Shown: piece by piece, positions 63,686-64,000 of the stretch | Layout of the letters: the number at the start of each line of letters is the position of its first letter | Position numbering within the stretch: the first letter of the stretch is position 1 | IMG/VR virus record: IMGVR_UViG_3300049793_000366 | Span: 122,865-186,864 of that record | DNA length: 64,000 nucleotides | Reading direction: 5' to 3' (one strand) | DNA from: a virus | Notes under the pieces: model-generated | The model's database searches: none | What the model was told of the DNA's origin: nothing | Seen by the model: the letters and a program-made list of their open reading frames with translations, nothing else | Position numbers and translations under genes: made by a program

Positions 63686-64000
63686 ATGTCTAAATATATC
63701 AGAAGCTTCGAAAACCACAGACTTTCTTCAATAGAAGATAGAGCTATTGATAAATTTATCAATGAAGGTTGGTTAGATGACCAAATGAAAACAGCATCAG
63801 CAGCTATAAAAGGATATTTGGGACAAATTACTGCTCCTTTCAAGAGTGTTATTAAAGATATTAGAAAGGGTATGGATAATGAGAAGATAAAAACTTCATT
63901 ATCAAACTCACTTGACAACGCATTTAAGAATGCTAATAAGTCAGTGGATGCTATTAAAGACGAAGCAGATTTAGCTAAGATTGTACCAGACTTTCAGGGT
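63686..64000 (+). CDS. hypothetical protein, partial (continues beyond the window end)
   Basis: ATG at ~63686 (MSKYIRSFENHRL...) is open to the window end with protein-like composition. The antisense track ORF 63670..63918 is low-complexity. Confidence 0.45.
   Translation, partial: MSKYIRSFENHRLSSIEDRAIDKFINEGWLDDQMKTASAAIKGYLGQITAPFKSVIKDIRKGMDNEKIKTSLSNSLDNAFKNANKSVDAIKDEADLAKIVPDFQG

Noticed and set aside
63670-63918. Minus-strand ORF 63670..63918
   Set aside because: Low-complexity S/I/L-rich. The + strand carries a clean ATG-started protein-like ORF running to the window end.
1-64000. CRISPR arrays, integrase, transposase or other mobile-element genes
   Set aside because: No regularly spaced direct repeats and no recombinase or transposase motifs were recognised. 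The only tandem repeats are intragenic, in the fibre gene.

Overview
This window reads as a contiguous, AT-rich stretch of a large tailed dsDNA phage genome. Genes are densely packed on both strands; I call about 100 protein-coding regions. Intergenic gaps are short, and there are no rRNA genes, no CRISPR array and no obvious transposon. Host-type signals point to Bacteroidetes/Flavobacteriia: several TAnnTTTG (-7) and TTG (-33) promoter-like elements, A-rich start contexts with no Shine-Dalgarno, a Bacteroidetes-style histone H1-like protein, and a Bacteroidetes-type RnpA. At least nine rho-independent terminators share a GC stem plus T-run design (AAAACCCTC...GAGGGTTTTTT), and several are bidirectional between convergent genes. 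Structural genes include three giant proteins (1457, 1320 and 1066 aa), a 626 aa tail fibre with internal tandem repeats, and a lytic transglycosylase. The most notable content is auxiliary. A translation and RNA-quality-control toolkit comprises a minimised leucyl-tRNA synthetase without the editing domain, an RNase P protein subunit (RnpA), SmpB, a PTH2-type peptidyl-tRNA hydrolase whose conserved N-terminus lies upstream of any canonical start and downstream of an in-frame TAG, a multi-S1-domain protein, a Mesh1/SpoT-like ppGpp hydrolase, an Rnl2-like RNA ligase, and a P-loop kinase next to an HAD phosphatase. A complete Preiss-Handler NAD+ salvage set is present (PncA, PncB, NadD, NadE, a Nudix hydrolase, and PRPP synthetase). 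Further nucleotide-metabolism genes include guanylate kinase, a CoaE-like kinase, two MazG-like pyrophosphohydrolases, an HD phosphohydrolase, and a 5'(3')-deoxyribonucleotidase. Also present are a Dam methyltransferase, a J-domain protein, a flotillin-like SPFH protein and a PspC-domain miniprotein. A roughly 200-nt relatively GC-rich non-coding island ends in a tRNA-like T-arm plus acceptor 3' half. Coordinates derived by hand (terminators, promoters, re-called starts) may be off by 1-2 nt.
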